A stretch of DNA of 64,000 bases from a virus: IMG/VR virus record IMGVR_UViG_3300012953_000019, positions 1 to 64,000 of that record; one strand, 5' to 3'. Positions within the stretch are counted from its first letter, which is position 1. Every line of letters begins with the position of its first letter. Below are positions 8,198-18,776 of the stretch, in pieces. The notes under the pieces were generated by a model, which ran no database searches, had not been told where the DNA came from, and saw nothing but the letters and a program-made list of their open reading frames with translations. The position numbers and the translations under genes are program-made.

Positions 8198-8892
8198 AGA
8201 AACGAGATTTGCCTGTTGTTGCTCCTATTCCAGGAATACGATTTAACTTGGATAAGATTAAAGAAGAACTTGCTAAGATAGAACATCTATGGGAAGACAT
8301 CTATAAAGCTAATCCCGGTATAACAAAATTACATGATCCATCTTTTGTTGATAATGCATATGCAAACTTAAAAGAGATTCCTTTGATGGTAATGTCGCCA
8401 GAAAATATGGCAAAAGCTGATGACTTTGAACTTGAAGATTTGGGTGCTACTCTTAGAGAAAGAATTCGCAATAAAAAAGCAAAGGGTGATAACTTACCAC
8501 CAACTGCAAATGAGATGTTGTGGGATTATCAGACTGATGCTTGTAAGGGTACTTACTTTGAAGAAGCATTATCAGGACACTTTTCTGCGCCAGTTTGCCG
8601 CGCTAGACTACACTTTCTTGCGCCGGGTATGAGTTTACAACCACATATTGATTATGATCCCTCATATGGTGTTAGAATAGTTTGTCCTATATCAGGTACA
8701 GATGAATGTATTAATCAGTTTTGGGTAAACGGCGAATATAAAGAATATAATTTACCAGCAGATGGTAGAGTTTGGTTCTTGAACACAGGATTTAAACATG
8801 GCGTAGTAAATAATGGTACCGAACCACGTATTGCATTATTGGCAACATTGAAGAGTCAGGAAGATATAGAATGTTTGAAATTAGTATCATAG
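8191..8892 (+). CDS. aspartyl/asparaginyl beta-hydroxylase-like 2OG-Fe(II) oxygenase
   Basis: LQPHIDYD (HxD)...RIVCPI...WFLNTGFKHGVVNNGTEPRIAL (distal H and R). Confidence 0.8.
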   Translation: MLKKRDLPVVAPIPGIRFNLDKIKEELAKIEHLWEDIYKANPGITKLHDPSFVDNAYANLKEIPLMVMSPENMAKADDFELEDLGATLRERIRNKKAKGDNLPPTANEMLWDYQTDACKGTYFEEALSGHFSAPVCRARLHFLAPGMSLQPHIDYDPSYGVRIVCPISGTDECINQFWVNGEYKEYNLPADGRVWFLNTGFKHGVVNNGTEPRIALLATLKSQEDIECLKLVS

Positions 8893-9518
8893 AATATGAT
8901 GGTTCTAAAAAAGTAAGAGAACAGATAGAGAACTTTAGAGAGTTATCTTTTAAAGAAGGTAATGACAGTTTGGCATATGACAAATATGATCCCGACAAAA
9001 CTGGTCAGACATTCTTAAATTATGTTGATGACAAATTGGCTTCATTGAGTGTTATAGAACCAAGTCATTATACGAGTGATCCAGATGTAGCCGCTAGAGG
9101 TTGCAGACTTCACATTGCTACTGAATTTAGACCAGCTTGGTTAGGATTACTTCATGCACCTAAACAAATTATGTGGGCAGAAAAAAACGGCTTTAAGGTA
9201 TTTTATTTTACGCATGATATTCGTAACAGGGCGATCAATGCAATGTATCAGAAGCGAAGATTTGGAGCCGCTGTAACTGAGTTACAAAAACAAATGGAAT
9301 GGATGTGGACTTCAGATTGGTACCAAGATTTGTCTCTTGATACTAGATTGTTGTTTCAAGTTGATGAAAGGTCTGACTTGTTACAATACGTTTACTATTG
9401 GACACTTGAAGATGGTTACGTATGGCAACCACCTAGTAATGTTGTTTGGTATGAACATAATGGTAGAATAAAATCCAGTGTATCAGAAAAGGAAATAATA
9501 AATGCACATAAGCGATAA
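8871..9518 (+). CDS. GNAT-like acyltransferase
   Basis: RGCRLHIATEFRPAWLG resembles GNAT motif A; beta/alpha pattern is compatible. Confidence 0.45.
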   Translation: MFEISIIEYDGSKKVREQIENFRELSFKEGNDSLAYDKYDPDKTGQTFLNYVDDKLASLSVIEPSHYTSDPDVAARGCRLHIATEFRPAWLGLLHAPKQIMWAEKNGFKVFYFTHDIRNRAINAMYQKRRFGAAVTELQKQMEWMWTSDWYQDLSLDTRLLFQVDERSDLLQYVYYWTLEDGYVWQPPSNVVWYEHNGRIKSSVSEKEIINAHKR

Positions 9519-10113
9519 AGTTGTAGTAAGTTGGTTCAACTTTCTCAGAGATAATGTAGATAACCCAGAAGTAACTAAAAGATATTACGAATGCTTTTGG
9601 GAAAGTCAATTAAAGAGTAAACAAATAGTATTAGATTTAATTGATTCTATGGACATATATCAATGTTATATTTTTGGTGGATGGTATGGTTTGTTAGCCC
9701 AGATACTTTCAGATACTAGGCGATCACATCATCCCATAGTATCTGTTGATATAGACCCTAAGTGTGAGATTGTAATTAATCAATACTTTAATCATGATGA
9801 AGGTATTGTTGCTAACACGGGTGATATGGCAACATATAAGTACAAGATTCGTCCTGATCTAGTTATCAATACAAGTACAGAACACGTTGATCAAAAAACT
9901 TATGATGCTTGGTATAATAATATACCATTAGATACTGAGTATATTGTACAAGGTAACAATCTTGTAATACCAGAACATATAAGACTTGCAGATGATATTA
10001 ATCATTTTAAAGAAATAAATCGATGCACTAAAGTTATTGAAAAAGTTGTTACAGACTGTCCTGGACCAAATGGCATATTTCAAAGATATACTATTAAGGG
10101 CGTTAAAGTATGA
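9502..10113 (+). CDS. class I SAM-dependent methyltransferase
   Basis: IFGGWYG glycine loop, VSVDIDP acidic strand, GDM, LVINTSTEH. Confidence 0.75.
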   Translation: MHISDKVVVSWFNFLRDNVDNPEVTKRYYECFWESQLKSKQIVLDLIDSMDIYQCYIFGGWYGLLAQILSDTRRSHHPIVSVDIDPKCEIVINQYFNHDEGIVANTGDMATYKYKIRPDLVINTSTEHVDQKTYDAWYNNIPLDTEYIVQGNNLVIPEHIRLADDINHFKEINRCTKVIEKVVTDCPGPNGIFQRYTIKGVKV

Positions 10114-11438
10114 CCCCAGTGGAATATTATGAAAAGATAAAGAAAGACTATGATAAGATTTCTCCTTCAATGTGTGTATTGAAGTGGGAACACCTAGAGA
10201 TGCATTTGGGTTCAGCACAAAGTCATTCTTGTTTTCATGTTCCAATGAAACATATAAACGAAGATGAAGACTTTCACAACACAGAACAGAAAAAAGAAGT
10301 ACGCAATCAAATGCTTGATGGTGTTAAACCATCTGAATGTTCATATTGTTGGAAAGCAGAAGATGCTGGTTCTTGGTCACCAAGAATAACACTAGCACCT
10401 ATTCATACATTAAAAGATAAAGACATTATAGCAAAGACTGCATCATTACCTAGAAATGCTGATGTATATCCGAAATATCTAGTAATGAGTTTCAATACTA
10501 AATGTCAATTAAAATGTTCTTATTGTGGGACTCAAAGTAGTTCTTCTTGGTACGAAGAAATTAAAAATGATGGTCCATGGGATGTAATATCTGATGAAAG
10601 TTCTCGTGGATATAATTTAAATGGTAGAGAAACCCTATATACAGGTGATGATAACGCTATGACTAAAAAGTTTTGGAAATGGATAAAAGAAGCAGTGATG
10701 CATCTACATACAATTAGACTTACTGGCGGCGAACCTCTGCTAAGTGAGAACACATTTAAACTTGCTAAGTTTATTAGAAATCATCCTAATGGAGAAAATA
10801 TTGAGTTTAATGTAAATAGTAATCTTTGTGTATCTGATAGACGAGTAGAAAGAATTATTGATACAATGAAAGATATGAAACAACCTAAAGTGTATGCTAG
10901 TATAGACAGTTGGGGACCTCAAGCAGAGTATATTAGACATGGATTAAATGTTGATATGTTTGAGCGCAATCTAGAAAAACTAGTAGATGCCAAAATAGAC
11001 GTTGGTATTATGTCTACTTTCAACTTCATGAGTATTCCAAATTACAAAGAATTGCTTGATGTTATTCTTGACTTTAAAGGACTTTCTTGGATTAAAGGAG
11101 ACGCAACTTTCTCTTTAGATACACCACACATGGTTTATCCAAAACATTTATCTGCATTGATTACAGACGATAAACAACTTGACAATCTACGTGAATTGGT
11201 GTATTATATGAGTACTCATGTAGACGATAATGATATTACTAAATTTAACTCGGGCGAGTATGCCAAGTTTGAAAGAGTACTACAGTGGGTAGAAACAAAT
11301 CGTTTTACTGGTGACGAATTGATCAAACATAGAAAAGACTTCAAAGCATTTGTTGATGAACACGACAAAAGAAGAGGTACAAATTTTATTGAGACTTTTC
11401 CTGAATTGAAGTATTTTTACGAGATGTGTAATGGCTGA
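10110..11438 (+). CDS. radical SAM protein with N-terminal SPASM/Twitch-like Cys cluster (paralogue 1)
   Basis: CVLKW...SCFH...ECSYCW; CQLKCSYC; TGGEP; C-terminal DKRRGTNFIETFPEL. Confidence 0.92.
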   Translation: MTPVEYYEKIKKDYDKISPSMCVLKWEHLEMHLGSAQSHSCFHVPMKHINEDEDFHNTEQKKEVRNQMLDGVKPSECSYCWKAEDAGSWSPRITLAPIHTLKDKDIIAKTASLPRNADVYPKYLVMSFNTKCQLKCSYCGTQSSSSWYEEIKNDGPWDVISDESSRGYNLNGRETLYTGDDNAMTKKFWKWIKEAVMHLHTIRLTGGEPLLSENTFKLAKFIRNHPNGENIEFNVNSNLCVSDRRVERIIDTMKDMKQPKVYASIDSWGPQAEYIRHGLNVDMFERNLEKLVDAKIDVGIMSTFNFMSIPNYKELLDVILDFKGLSWIKGDATFSLDTPHMVYPKHLSALITDDKQLDNLRELVYYMSTHVDDNDITKFNSGEYAKFERVLQWVETNRFTGDELIKHRKDFKAFVDEHDKRRGTNFIETFPELKYFYEMCNG

Positions 11439-12816
11439 AAAAGGAACGAATGAATATTGGATAGATGAATTAAAAGAAAAAAGAATTAAGATAAATGATA
11501 TAAGCCCCTCTTTTTGTTCTGCTAAATGGTTACAAACTACTCTGATGTTACAGAATGGTTATAATCACTCATGTCACCATCCTTCACCCCATAAAATTCC
11601 CGTAGAGGAAGTTTTGGCAAATCCTGCCGCCTTGCATAATAGTCAATATAAGAAAACTCAAAGAGATAAAATGCTCTGTGGTGATAGACCTAAAGAGTGT
11701 GACTATTGTTGGAAGATCGAAGACTTAGACAAAGAATACTTTTCTGATAGACATTATAAAACTGCCGATTGGTGGGCATGGGATAAAATAGATGAGATAG
11801 CAAATAGTGATCCTTATGATGATGTATATCCTACTTATCTAGAAGTATCATTTAGTAATGCTTGTAATTTTGCCTGTGCATATTGCTCACCTGAAATATC
11901 ATCTACTTGGATGCAAGATATTCAGAAAGACGGAATATATCCAGTTAAGTTTGGTTCACATGATTTGAATTATTTAAAAGAAGTTGGTAAGTTTCCATTC
12001 AAGAATAGTGAACCTAACCCATATGTTGATGCTTTTTGGAAATGGTTCCCCGATGCATTCAAGCATCTAAAAGTATTTCGCATAACTGGTGGCGAACCTA
12101 CAATGTCAAAAGATTTTTGGCGAACTGTTGATTATATTGTAGAACACCATCATGAAAATCCAGAACTTAAAATAGGAATCAATAGTAACTTAGGAACAGA
12201 CCCGCGTCTGATTGAAAGACTTATTGCGTCTGTTATAAGACTGGAATCGCATGGTATTGAAGTTGAGATATTCACAAGTGCAGAAAGTACTGGCAACAAA
12301 GCAGAATATGCCAGAGACGGTATTGTATATGATGAATGGATAGAAAACATAGAACGTATGTTGACAGAAACCAACTGTCGAGTTGTTATAATGACAACGG
12401 TAAATATACTATCAATATCTACAATGCAAGATTTCGTTCAAGACATAATGGACTTACGTATTAAGTTTAATCAAAACTTGGCACATAATAGAATACCTTT
12501 GAGTGTAAACTACTTACGTTATCCGCCACATTTACAATGTACTTTATTGTCTTCTGTTTATCGTGAAACAATGGCAAACAAACTAGAAGTATTTTGTGAA
12601 GGTTGGTTGAAGTATGACTCGCCAGATAAATTTGCCAGACTCTATCTAGAGGAGTTTGATCAGATAAAACGATTATGTGACTACCTGAGAACGGAGCCAG
12701 TTGCTGATAAATACAGAGAAGACTTTGCAAACTTTATACGTGAATATGATCGGCGTAGAGGAAAGAATTTTGAACAAACTTTTCCCGAATTGATTACAGA
12801 TATGGAGAAATGGTAA
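11431..12816 (+). CDS. radical SAM protein with N-terminal SPASM/Twitch-like Cys cluster (paralogue 2)
   Basis: FCSAKW...SCHHP...ECDYCW; CNFACAYC; TGGEP; DRRRGKNFEQTFPEL. Confidence 0.92.
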   Translation: MAEKGTNEYWIDELKEKRIKINDISPSFCSAKWLQTTLMLQNGYNHSCHHPSPHKIPVEEVLANPAALHNSQYKKTQRDKMLCGDRPKECDYCWKIEDLDKEYFSDRHYKTADWWAWDKIDEIANSDPYDDVYPTYLEVSFSNACNFACAYCSPEISSTWMQDIQKDGIYPVKFGSHDLNYLKEVGKFPFKNSEPNPYVDAFWKWFPDAFKHLKVFRITGGEPTMSKDFWRTVDYIVEHHHENPELKIGINSNLGTDPRLIERLIASVIRLESHGIEVEIFTSAESTGNKAEYARDGIVYDEWIENIERMLTETNCRVVIMTTVNILSISTMQDFVQDIMDLRIKFNQNLAHNRIPLSVNYLRYPPHLQCTLLSSVYRETMANKLEVFCEGWLKYDSPDKFARLYLEEFDQIKRLCDYLRTEPVADKYREDFANFIREYDRRRGKNFEQTFPELITDMEKW

Positions 12817-13043
12817 TGGCAGTAAAATATATTCATGTTAATATGCATAAAATTCGTGCCAATAGAAAGCACGGAACAAATGAACCCGTCTTAACTGTAA
12901 AAGAAGGAAGAAAAAATACTTACGGACATAGCGTAAAGATACATGGTCCTAGTGAGGTTATATATGGTGGTAATGATAAGCCATTATTGCCATGTGGTGC
13001 TAGAGTTGTTATTAAAACAGAAGCGGATGTGGACATTGACTAA
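12816..13043 (+). CDS. small conserved phage protein (75 aa)
   Basis: TAATG overlap and GGAGA SD favour the ATG at 12816. IHVN..KI..N.K.G..EPVLTVK...N.Y...V.I.GP...Y...KPL.CGARV pattern. Confidence 0.7.
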   Translation: MAVKYIHVNMHKIRANRKHGTNEPVLTVKEGRKNTYGHSVKIHGPSEVIYGGNDKPLLPCGARVVIKTEADVDID

Positions 13044-14541
13044 AGATAATGATTTAATTAAATACCGTAAAGATATTCTTGATACAAAATCTAAAAGTTT
13101 TTGTGGTGCAAAATGGTATAATGCTACGACTTGGCTAGGCAGTGGTACTACTGCATCTTGCCATCACCCGCCCGCACATAAAATTCCATTAGAAGAGATA
13201 ACAGTAGATCCATCTGCTATCCATAATACAAAGCACAAGAAAGCCATGCGTAAAATGATGCAACGTGGCGAAAGACCTAGAGAGTGTGAGTATTGTTGGA
13301 AAGTTGAAGACATGGAAACTGATGCTGTTAGTGACCGTGTATACAAGTCAATAATCTATACTGAAGATGACTTGAAAAAAGCACATGAAATGGATTACAA
13401 CGAAAGTGTTGATTTAAAAACATTTGAAATCTCTTTTGATCGTACTTGTCAACTGGCTTGTTCTTATTGTAACTCAAGTTTTAGTACTACTTGGGCAAAA
13501 GATATAACCAAGAAAGGTCCTTATCAAAATTTAGTATCTGATGGTGCTGGTGCATTTCAACATGATGGTGCGTGGGCAGAACCATATGGTAAAAGAGAAG
13601 AGAACCCATATGTAACTGCATTTTGGGAATGGTGGAATGATGGCTTATCTAAAAGTCTAGAAGAACTGCGTGTTACTGGTGGTGAGCCTTTAATGTCTGA
13701 TCAAGTTTGGAAACTGTTTGATTGGTTCGGCGAAAACAAAACAGATATGAGATTTGCAATCAATTCAAACTTGATGGCAAAAGATTCGCTTATTGATGAA
13801 ATGATTAAGAAGACTCAGAAGGTAGATCAGTTTCATCTTTATACTAGTTGTGAAGCGACTGGATTACAAGCAGATTATATTCGTGACGGACTACATTATG
13901 ACACTTGGAAAAACAATGTCTATAAAATATTGACTCATGGTAAACTTAGTGGTTGTAATATTATGATGACCATTAACAGTTTGTGTTTGTTTAGTATTAC
14001 TGATTTCCTCGATGATGTATATGATATGAAAATCCACACAGGAATGAAAGCACCTGTTGTTAGTTTAAACTTGTTACGTTTTCCTAGTTTTCAGTCGCCA
14101 CTTGCTTTACCAGATCATATTAAAGATCATTGTAGAAAGCAACTACAAGATTGGTGGGAAGAAAAGAAAGATTTAAAATTGTGGCATGAATTTGAGAAAG
14201 CTAGTATAGAACGTCTTATTGACTATCTTGTTACTGTTGACGCACCACATAGACGTACAAGTGATAAGATGACATTGTGGAGAGACTTTAAAACTTTCTA
14301 CGCTCAATATGATGAAAGAAGAGGTTTGTCATTATCTGTATTTCCTAAAATACTTACAGACTGGGTAGAAACTATTCCTACTACAGAAACTATTCCATTA
14401 AAAGAAATGATTGACGGAGACAGTACACGCCAATATGCTGATGATCCAGACTTAAAGAAAATTGCAGATGAGGAAGGTTGGGTTCTAGAACCAGATAGTA
14501 AAAACATTGATAAACCTTTGGCATCATATGACGAAGAATGA
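13027..14541 (+). CDS. radical SAM protein with N-terminal SPASM/Twitch-like Cys cluster (paralogue 3); start at 13027 ATG or 13036 TTG
   Basis: FCGAKW...SCHHP...ECEYCW; CQLACSYC; TGGEP. The track start at 12943 overlaps the upstream gene too far. Confidence 0.9.
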   Translation: MWTLTKDNDLIKYRKDILDTKSKSFCGAKWYNATTWLGSGTTASCHHPPAHKIPLEEITVDPSAIHNTKHKKAMRKMMQRGERPRECEYCWKVEDMETDAVSDRVYKSIIYTEDDLKKAHEMDYNESVDLKTFEISFDRTCQLACSYCNSSFSTTWAKDITKKGPYQNLVSDGAGAFQHDGAWAEPYGKREENPYVTAFWEWWNDGLSKSLEELRVTGGEPLMSDQVWKLFDWFGENKTDMRFAINSNLMAKDSLIDEMIKKTQKVDQFHLYTSCEATGLQADYIRDGLHYDTWKNNVYKILTHGKLSGCNIMMTINSLCLFSITDFLDDVYDMKIHTGMKAPVVSLNLLRFPSFQSPLALPDHIKDHCRKQLQDWWEEKKDLKLWHEFEKASIERLIDYLVTVDAPHRRTSDKMTLWRDFKTFYAQYDERRGLSLSVFPKILTDWVETIPTTETIPLKEMIDGDSTRQYADDPDLKKIADEEGWVLEPDSKNIDKPLASYDEE

Positions 14542-15832
14542 TTTATCTCCATATTTTTGTGTTGCGCCCTGGACTCATACGTATGTAAGTCCTCAAGGCG
14601 AAAGGCGCTTGTGTTGTGCTAGTAGAGAAGATGCTTCTTTTCAAAAACAATATATTGATTCTGGTGATAAAGCTGGTAAGTTTGAACCAGACACATTAAA
14701 AGAACATTGGAACAGTGAGTATATGAAAGATATACGTAAGCGTATACTTGCTGGTGAAAAGATATCACAGTGTGAGGTATGTAATAGTCAGTTATTAAAT
14801 CTTCATACATATAAACAGTACTTTACAGAAACATTGTTTCCACATAAAGTAGAAGATATAATTGCTAAAACTGAACCAGATGGTCATTATAATGATCTAC
14901 CCGTTTCTTATGATTATCGCATATCCAATCTATGTAACTTTAAGTGTAGAATGTGTGGTGATCAATTGTCTAGTAGTTGGGAAGCAGAAAATAAAAAGAA
15001 TGGTCGCTTACAAGATCAACCTTGGTTAGAACCAACAACTAGAAAAAATATAGACACATTTCAAAAAGAAGTTTTAGAAGAAGAACTTCAAGCCGCAGTA
15101 GATGAAAGACGTATTGAAGAAATCTATTGGGTTGGTGGCGAACCTCTTATGTGGGAACGTCATTGGACTATACTAGAACAATTAGTTTACGATGGTCAAG
15201 CAAAAGATGTTACTCTTAGATACAACACAAATTTAAGTAGAGTATCTTATAAGGGTATAGAATTGTTTGATCTTCTTCCTAAATTTAAGCACGTTAATTT
15301 ATGTGCGAGTATAGATGGAGTAGGAAAAGTTGGGGAATATATTAGAACCGGACTCAAATGGGAAGAGTGGTTGGAAAACTTCAAACGTGGTTTACCGCTT
15401 ATTAATAATTTTGGTAATGATGCCATGGTCTTTGATGTTACTCTTACTACTCCAGGATTATTTGGTCTTAAAGAACTCTTTGATGTTGTTACTGAACTTA
15501 ATGTAAAAACGTACTTCAAGTTCACTTTTGCATTTGATCCTAGTGTTGTTATGAGTCCTCTGTGTTTACCTAAAAGCATTTTGGAAGATACCGTACAAGA
15601 ACTGCTAGAATATATCGAACCCAGAATGACAGATAAGACTCATGTTTATAAAACATCTCTTGTGAATCTGTTGAATAGACAAACTTTTGAGGAGCAGTGG
15701 CCAGATACTTATAAGCAAGGAATAAAAAGTGGGAAAGGACATATGGAGTATATTGATAGTATACGAAATGATGACCTAAATTTTAGAGATACACTTTCTA
15801 ATGATGCAAAAATTTGGTGGGATTCTATATGA
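14528..15832 (+). CDS. radical SAM protein with N-terminal SPASM/Twitch-like Cys cluster (paralogue 4)
   Basis: FCVAPWTH...LCC...QCEVC; CNFKCRMC; VGGEP. Confidence 0.92.
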   Translation: MTKNDLSPYFCVAPWTHTYVSPQGERRLCCASREDASFQKQYIDSGDKAGKFEPDTLKEHWNSEYMKDIRKRILAGEKISQCEVCNSQLLNLHTYKQYFTETLFPHKVEDIIAKTEPDGHYNDLPVSYDYRISNLCNFKCRMCGDQLSSSWEAENKKNGRLQDQPWLEPTTRKNIDTFQKEVLEEELQAAVDERRIEEIYWVGGEPLMWERHWTILEQLVYDGQAKDVTLRYNTNLSRVSYKGIELFDLLPKFKHVNLCASIDGVGKVGEYIRTGLKWEEWLENFKRGLPLINNFGNDAMVFDVTLTTPGLFGLKELFDVVTELNVKTYFKFTFAFDPSVVMSPLCLPKSILEDTVQELLEYIEPRMTDKTHVYKTSLVNLLNRQTFEEQWPDTYKQGIKSGKGHMEYIDSIRNDDLNFRDTLSNDAKIWWDSI

Positions 15833-16380
15833 TGATTGTCATTGCAAATTATAGAACTGGCTCATCTACGCTGATTAAAAAGTTACATGAAGAAACTGGA
15901 CTCAAGTACTTTTCACAATTTACGGGTGAATGGTGTCATCCTGGAAATGGTGGTTATAAAAAGCCAGATTCTGATATAAAATTATATAAAATAATGCCTG
16001 ATAGTATTGGTCATAATAGATCGTTATTTAAAAAAGAATATCTTGAATGTGCTGATGATTTAATTTTTTGTTTAAGAAAAGACATAAAAGCCCAAGTTAA
16101 TTCTATGATGTATTCTGGTGCTTTTGACTGGTGGCATCCAGGAGATAAATTGCGAGACACAAGAAAAACACTTACCGATTATCATATTAAATCGTTAATA
16201 AGAACTATTAGTAATAATCTTAAACTTCAAAAAATGTGGTATAAAGAGTTTGGTGGTAAAATTATTTTTCTTGAAGATAGAAAAGATAATCACGAAAAAT
16301 ATGATAAACCAGATTTACTACTGGATATTCCAGACTATGATCTTGAAATAGTAGACGCAGAGAAATATTTTAATGAGTAA
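15829..16380 (+). CDS. sulfotransferase-like (P-loop fold) protein
   Basis: ATGA overlap start. MIVIANYRTGSSTL resembles the 5'-PSB loop, and CLRKD..AQVNS resembles the 3'-PB motif. Confidence 0.5.
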   Translation: MMIVIANYRTGSSTLIKKLHEETGLKYFSQFTGEWCHPGNGGYKKPDSDIKLYKIMPDSIGHNRSLFKKEYLECADDLIFCLRKDIKAQVNSMMYSGAFDWWHPGDKLRDTRKTLTDYHIKSLIRTISNNLKLQKMWYKEFGGKIIFLEDRKDNHEKYDKPDLLLDIPDYDLEIVDAEKYFNE

Positions 16381-17566
16381 AACTTTTTGCCCTTTACCAT
16401 GGACACATTTAGCAACTCACCCACAAGGTGAATTGACACTTTGCTGTGAAGCAGATCATACACAAGGTATTTCTGAGTCATTTGATACAGATGAATTTAA
16501 TCAAAGAAAGCCAAAAACACTACACACAACCAAATATGATTTTGACTTAATACAGAACAGTGATTCGTTTAGTAAAGTTAGAAAACAAATGCTTAACGGT
16601 GAAGAGCCTGTACAGTGTACGAGATGTTTCGATTTAGAAAAAGTAGGAATAAAATCAAAGAGACAGTATGAATCTGAGCGATTAAACTTTAATGAATTTA
16701 GAGCGATAGAGATAACGAATAAAGACGGTACAATAAATGATGTCTCATATGAATTTGTTGAGTTACGTTTGGGCAATCACTGTAACTTAGCGTGTCGCTC
16801 TTGCAACCCATTATCAACTAGCCGTTGGATAAAAGATTGGAATACTGTAAATCCAGATAACCCACTTTCTTATGATAAGAATCTTTTTAACTGGCCACTT
16901 GATACTGACTTTTGGGAAAAGTTGTTAGAACATTCTGATACTCTTAGATATGTTTACATCAATGGAGGAGAACCTCTTCTCATCGATAAACATAAACAGT
17001 TTTTAATTGATCTTGTAGAGACTGGTAGATCGAAAGATATTACGTTAGTATATTCTACTAACTGCACAGTTGTTAATCACACATATGAAGAAGTTTGGAA
17101 AAACTTTAAGCACGTACAACTTATGATATCAATCGATTGTTTGGAAGAAAGAAATTCTTTTATTAGACACCCATCAAAGTGGGATGTTATTACACAAACT
17201 TTAGAATGGATAAAAAAGATATGTGAAGCAGATAATATTTCATATAACATAATGCAAACGGTATCTACGTACAATATATTATATATGAAAGAGTTTCACG
17301 AATACTTTTCTTTTGCTCCATATATTTCTATGAACTTTGTTACTGATCCTTCTTATCTGGATCCTGCATTGTTGCCACAAAAAATAAAAGATGCTGTTGT
17401 TGCTAAATTTCCAAATCAAACAGTAATTGATTACTTGACAAAAGGCAAAAGTTCTGATAATATGACAGAGTTTTATCAGAAGACCTTAAAAATGGATGAA
17501 CTGAGAAACAATAACTTTAAACAAACTTTTCCAGAACTGCATGATATGGTAATTCAATATGTCTGA
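16373..17566 (+). CDS. radical SAM protein with N-terminal SPASM/Twitch-like Cys cluster (paralogue 5)
   Basis: FCPLPWTH...LCC...QCTRC; CNLACRSC; NGGEP; DELRNNNFKQTFPEL. Confidence 0.92.
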   Translation: MSKTFCPLPWTHLATHPQGELTLCCEADHTQGISESFDTDEFNQRKPKTLHTTKYDFDLIQNSDSFSKVRKQMLNGEEPVQCTRCFDLEKVGIKSKRQYESERLNFNEFRAIEITNKDGTINDVSYEFVELRLGNHCNLACRSCNPLSTSRWIKDWNTVNPDNPLSYDKNLFNWPLDTDFWEKLLEHSDTLRYVYINGGEPLLIDKHKQFLIDLVETGRSKDITLVYSTNCTVVNHTYEEVWKNFKHVQLMISIDCLEERNSFIRHPSKWDVITQTLEWIKKICEADNISYNIMQTVSTYNILYMKEFHEYFSFAPYISMNFVTDPSYLDPALLPQKIKDAVVAKFPNQTVIDYLTKGKSSDNMTEFYQKTLKMDELRNNNFKQTFPELHDMVIQYV

Positions 17567-18776
17567 TAAATTTTTCTGTGTAGCGCCATTCGTTCATCTA
17601 TATGCTCATACGACCGGTGAAGTAAAGACTTGTTGTGTTGGTAATACTACTTATGGCTCTTTAAAAGAAAAGACTATAGAAGAGATATGGCACAGTGACG
17701 AATATAAGAAGTTGAGAAGAGACTTTATTGCAGGAGAGATTACACCTGAACTAGCAAAAAATTGTAGTACTTGTATTAATTTTGAAAACTCTAATATTCA
17801 CTCTTTACGAGAAGGTCTTAATGATGAATTCAAAGCATTTGCTGAAATAGATGAAAATGCAGATGTGAATCTATTGTATATGGATTTTAGATTCAATAAT
17901 TTTTGTAACTTCAAATGTCGTGGATGTTATCATGAGTACAGTAGTTCGATTCATAATGAAGATAAAGGTTCTTCACAAGACCTTATCTTTGCTGGTAAGA
18001 CAGAAGAAGATTTGTTTGATCAAGTTTATCCTTATTTACCAGACGCACAAAAGATTTATTTTGCTGGTGGTGAACCACTAATTCAATGGGAACATTGGAA
18101 AATATTAGACAGACTAGAAGAATTGAACCGCACTGATATGAAACTTGTATATAATACAAATTTTAGTACCATGAAATATAAACAAAGACATATAACAGAA
18201 TATTGGAAAAAGTTTAGTGATGTAAAACTTTTGTTAAGTTTAGATGGTATGGAAAAAGGAGCAGAGTATTGGAGAAATGGTACTAAGTGGAATCAATTAG
18301 TAAAAAACATTAAGAAAGTTAAGAAAGAAACACCACACGTTTATATGGGAGTAACTTGTACTGTTGGATGGGCTAATCTGTATACTGCAATGGACTTTAT
18401 AGATTATTGTGCTGATAGTGCGAACCCTAACGATGTAGATGATTTTGAATTCTTAGATCCAGTAAGAATTAACATTAACGTGTTAGAACAACCAATACAC
18501 TTCTCAACTCAAAGTGTTCCTGATTGGAAAAAAGAAGAACTTGAAAAAAGAATCAGAAAAACCTATGATAAATACATTAGCATGGGATTTGAAGATGATT
18601 CTTTGTTGGCTAGAAATCTTGTTGCCTTAATTGATTTTATGTGGGCAAAAGAAGGAGATTCTAGAAGAATAAAAGGTGGTTGGGACCAGATAGTAACTAG
18701 AAGAGATGAATTGAGAGGTGAGAATTTCTTTGAGGCATTTCCAGAACATATAAACATGAAAGAGATAATTGAATGA
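17559..18776 (+). CDS. radical SAM protein with N-terminal SPASM/Twitch-like Cys cluster (paralogue 6)
   Basis: FCVAPFVH...TCC...NCSTC; CNFKCRGC; AGGEP; DELRGENFFEAFPE. Confidence 0.92.
   Translation: MSDKFFCVAPFVHLYAHTTGEVKTCCVGNTTYGSLKEKTIEEIWHSDEYKKLRRDFIAGEITPELAKNCSTCINFENSNIHSLREGLNDEFKAFAEIDENADVNLLYMDFRFNNFCNFKCRGCYHEYSSSIHNEDKGSSQDLIFAGKTEEDLFDQVYPYLPDAQKIYFAGGEPLIQWEHWKILDRLEELNRTDMKLVYNTNFSTMKYKQRHITEYWKKFSDVKLLLSLDGMEKGAEYWRNGTKWNQLVKNIKKVKKETPHVYMGVTCTVGWANLYTAMDFIDYCADSANPNDVDDFEFLDPVRININVLEQPIHFSTQSVPDWKKEELEKRIRKTYDKYISMGFEDDSLLARNLVALIDFMWAKEGDSRRIKGGWDQIVTRRDELRGENFFEAFPEHINMKEIIE

Noticed and set aside
12943-13026. Track N-terminal extensions (also 14507, 15814, 23519, 26956, 30269, 32966, 39498, 43734)
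   Set aside because: They overlap upstream genes or promoters; downstream starts fit coupling, SD position or the conserved N-termini better.
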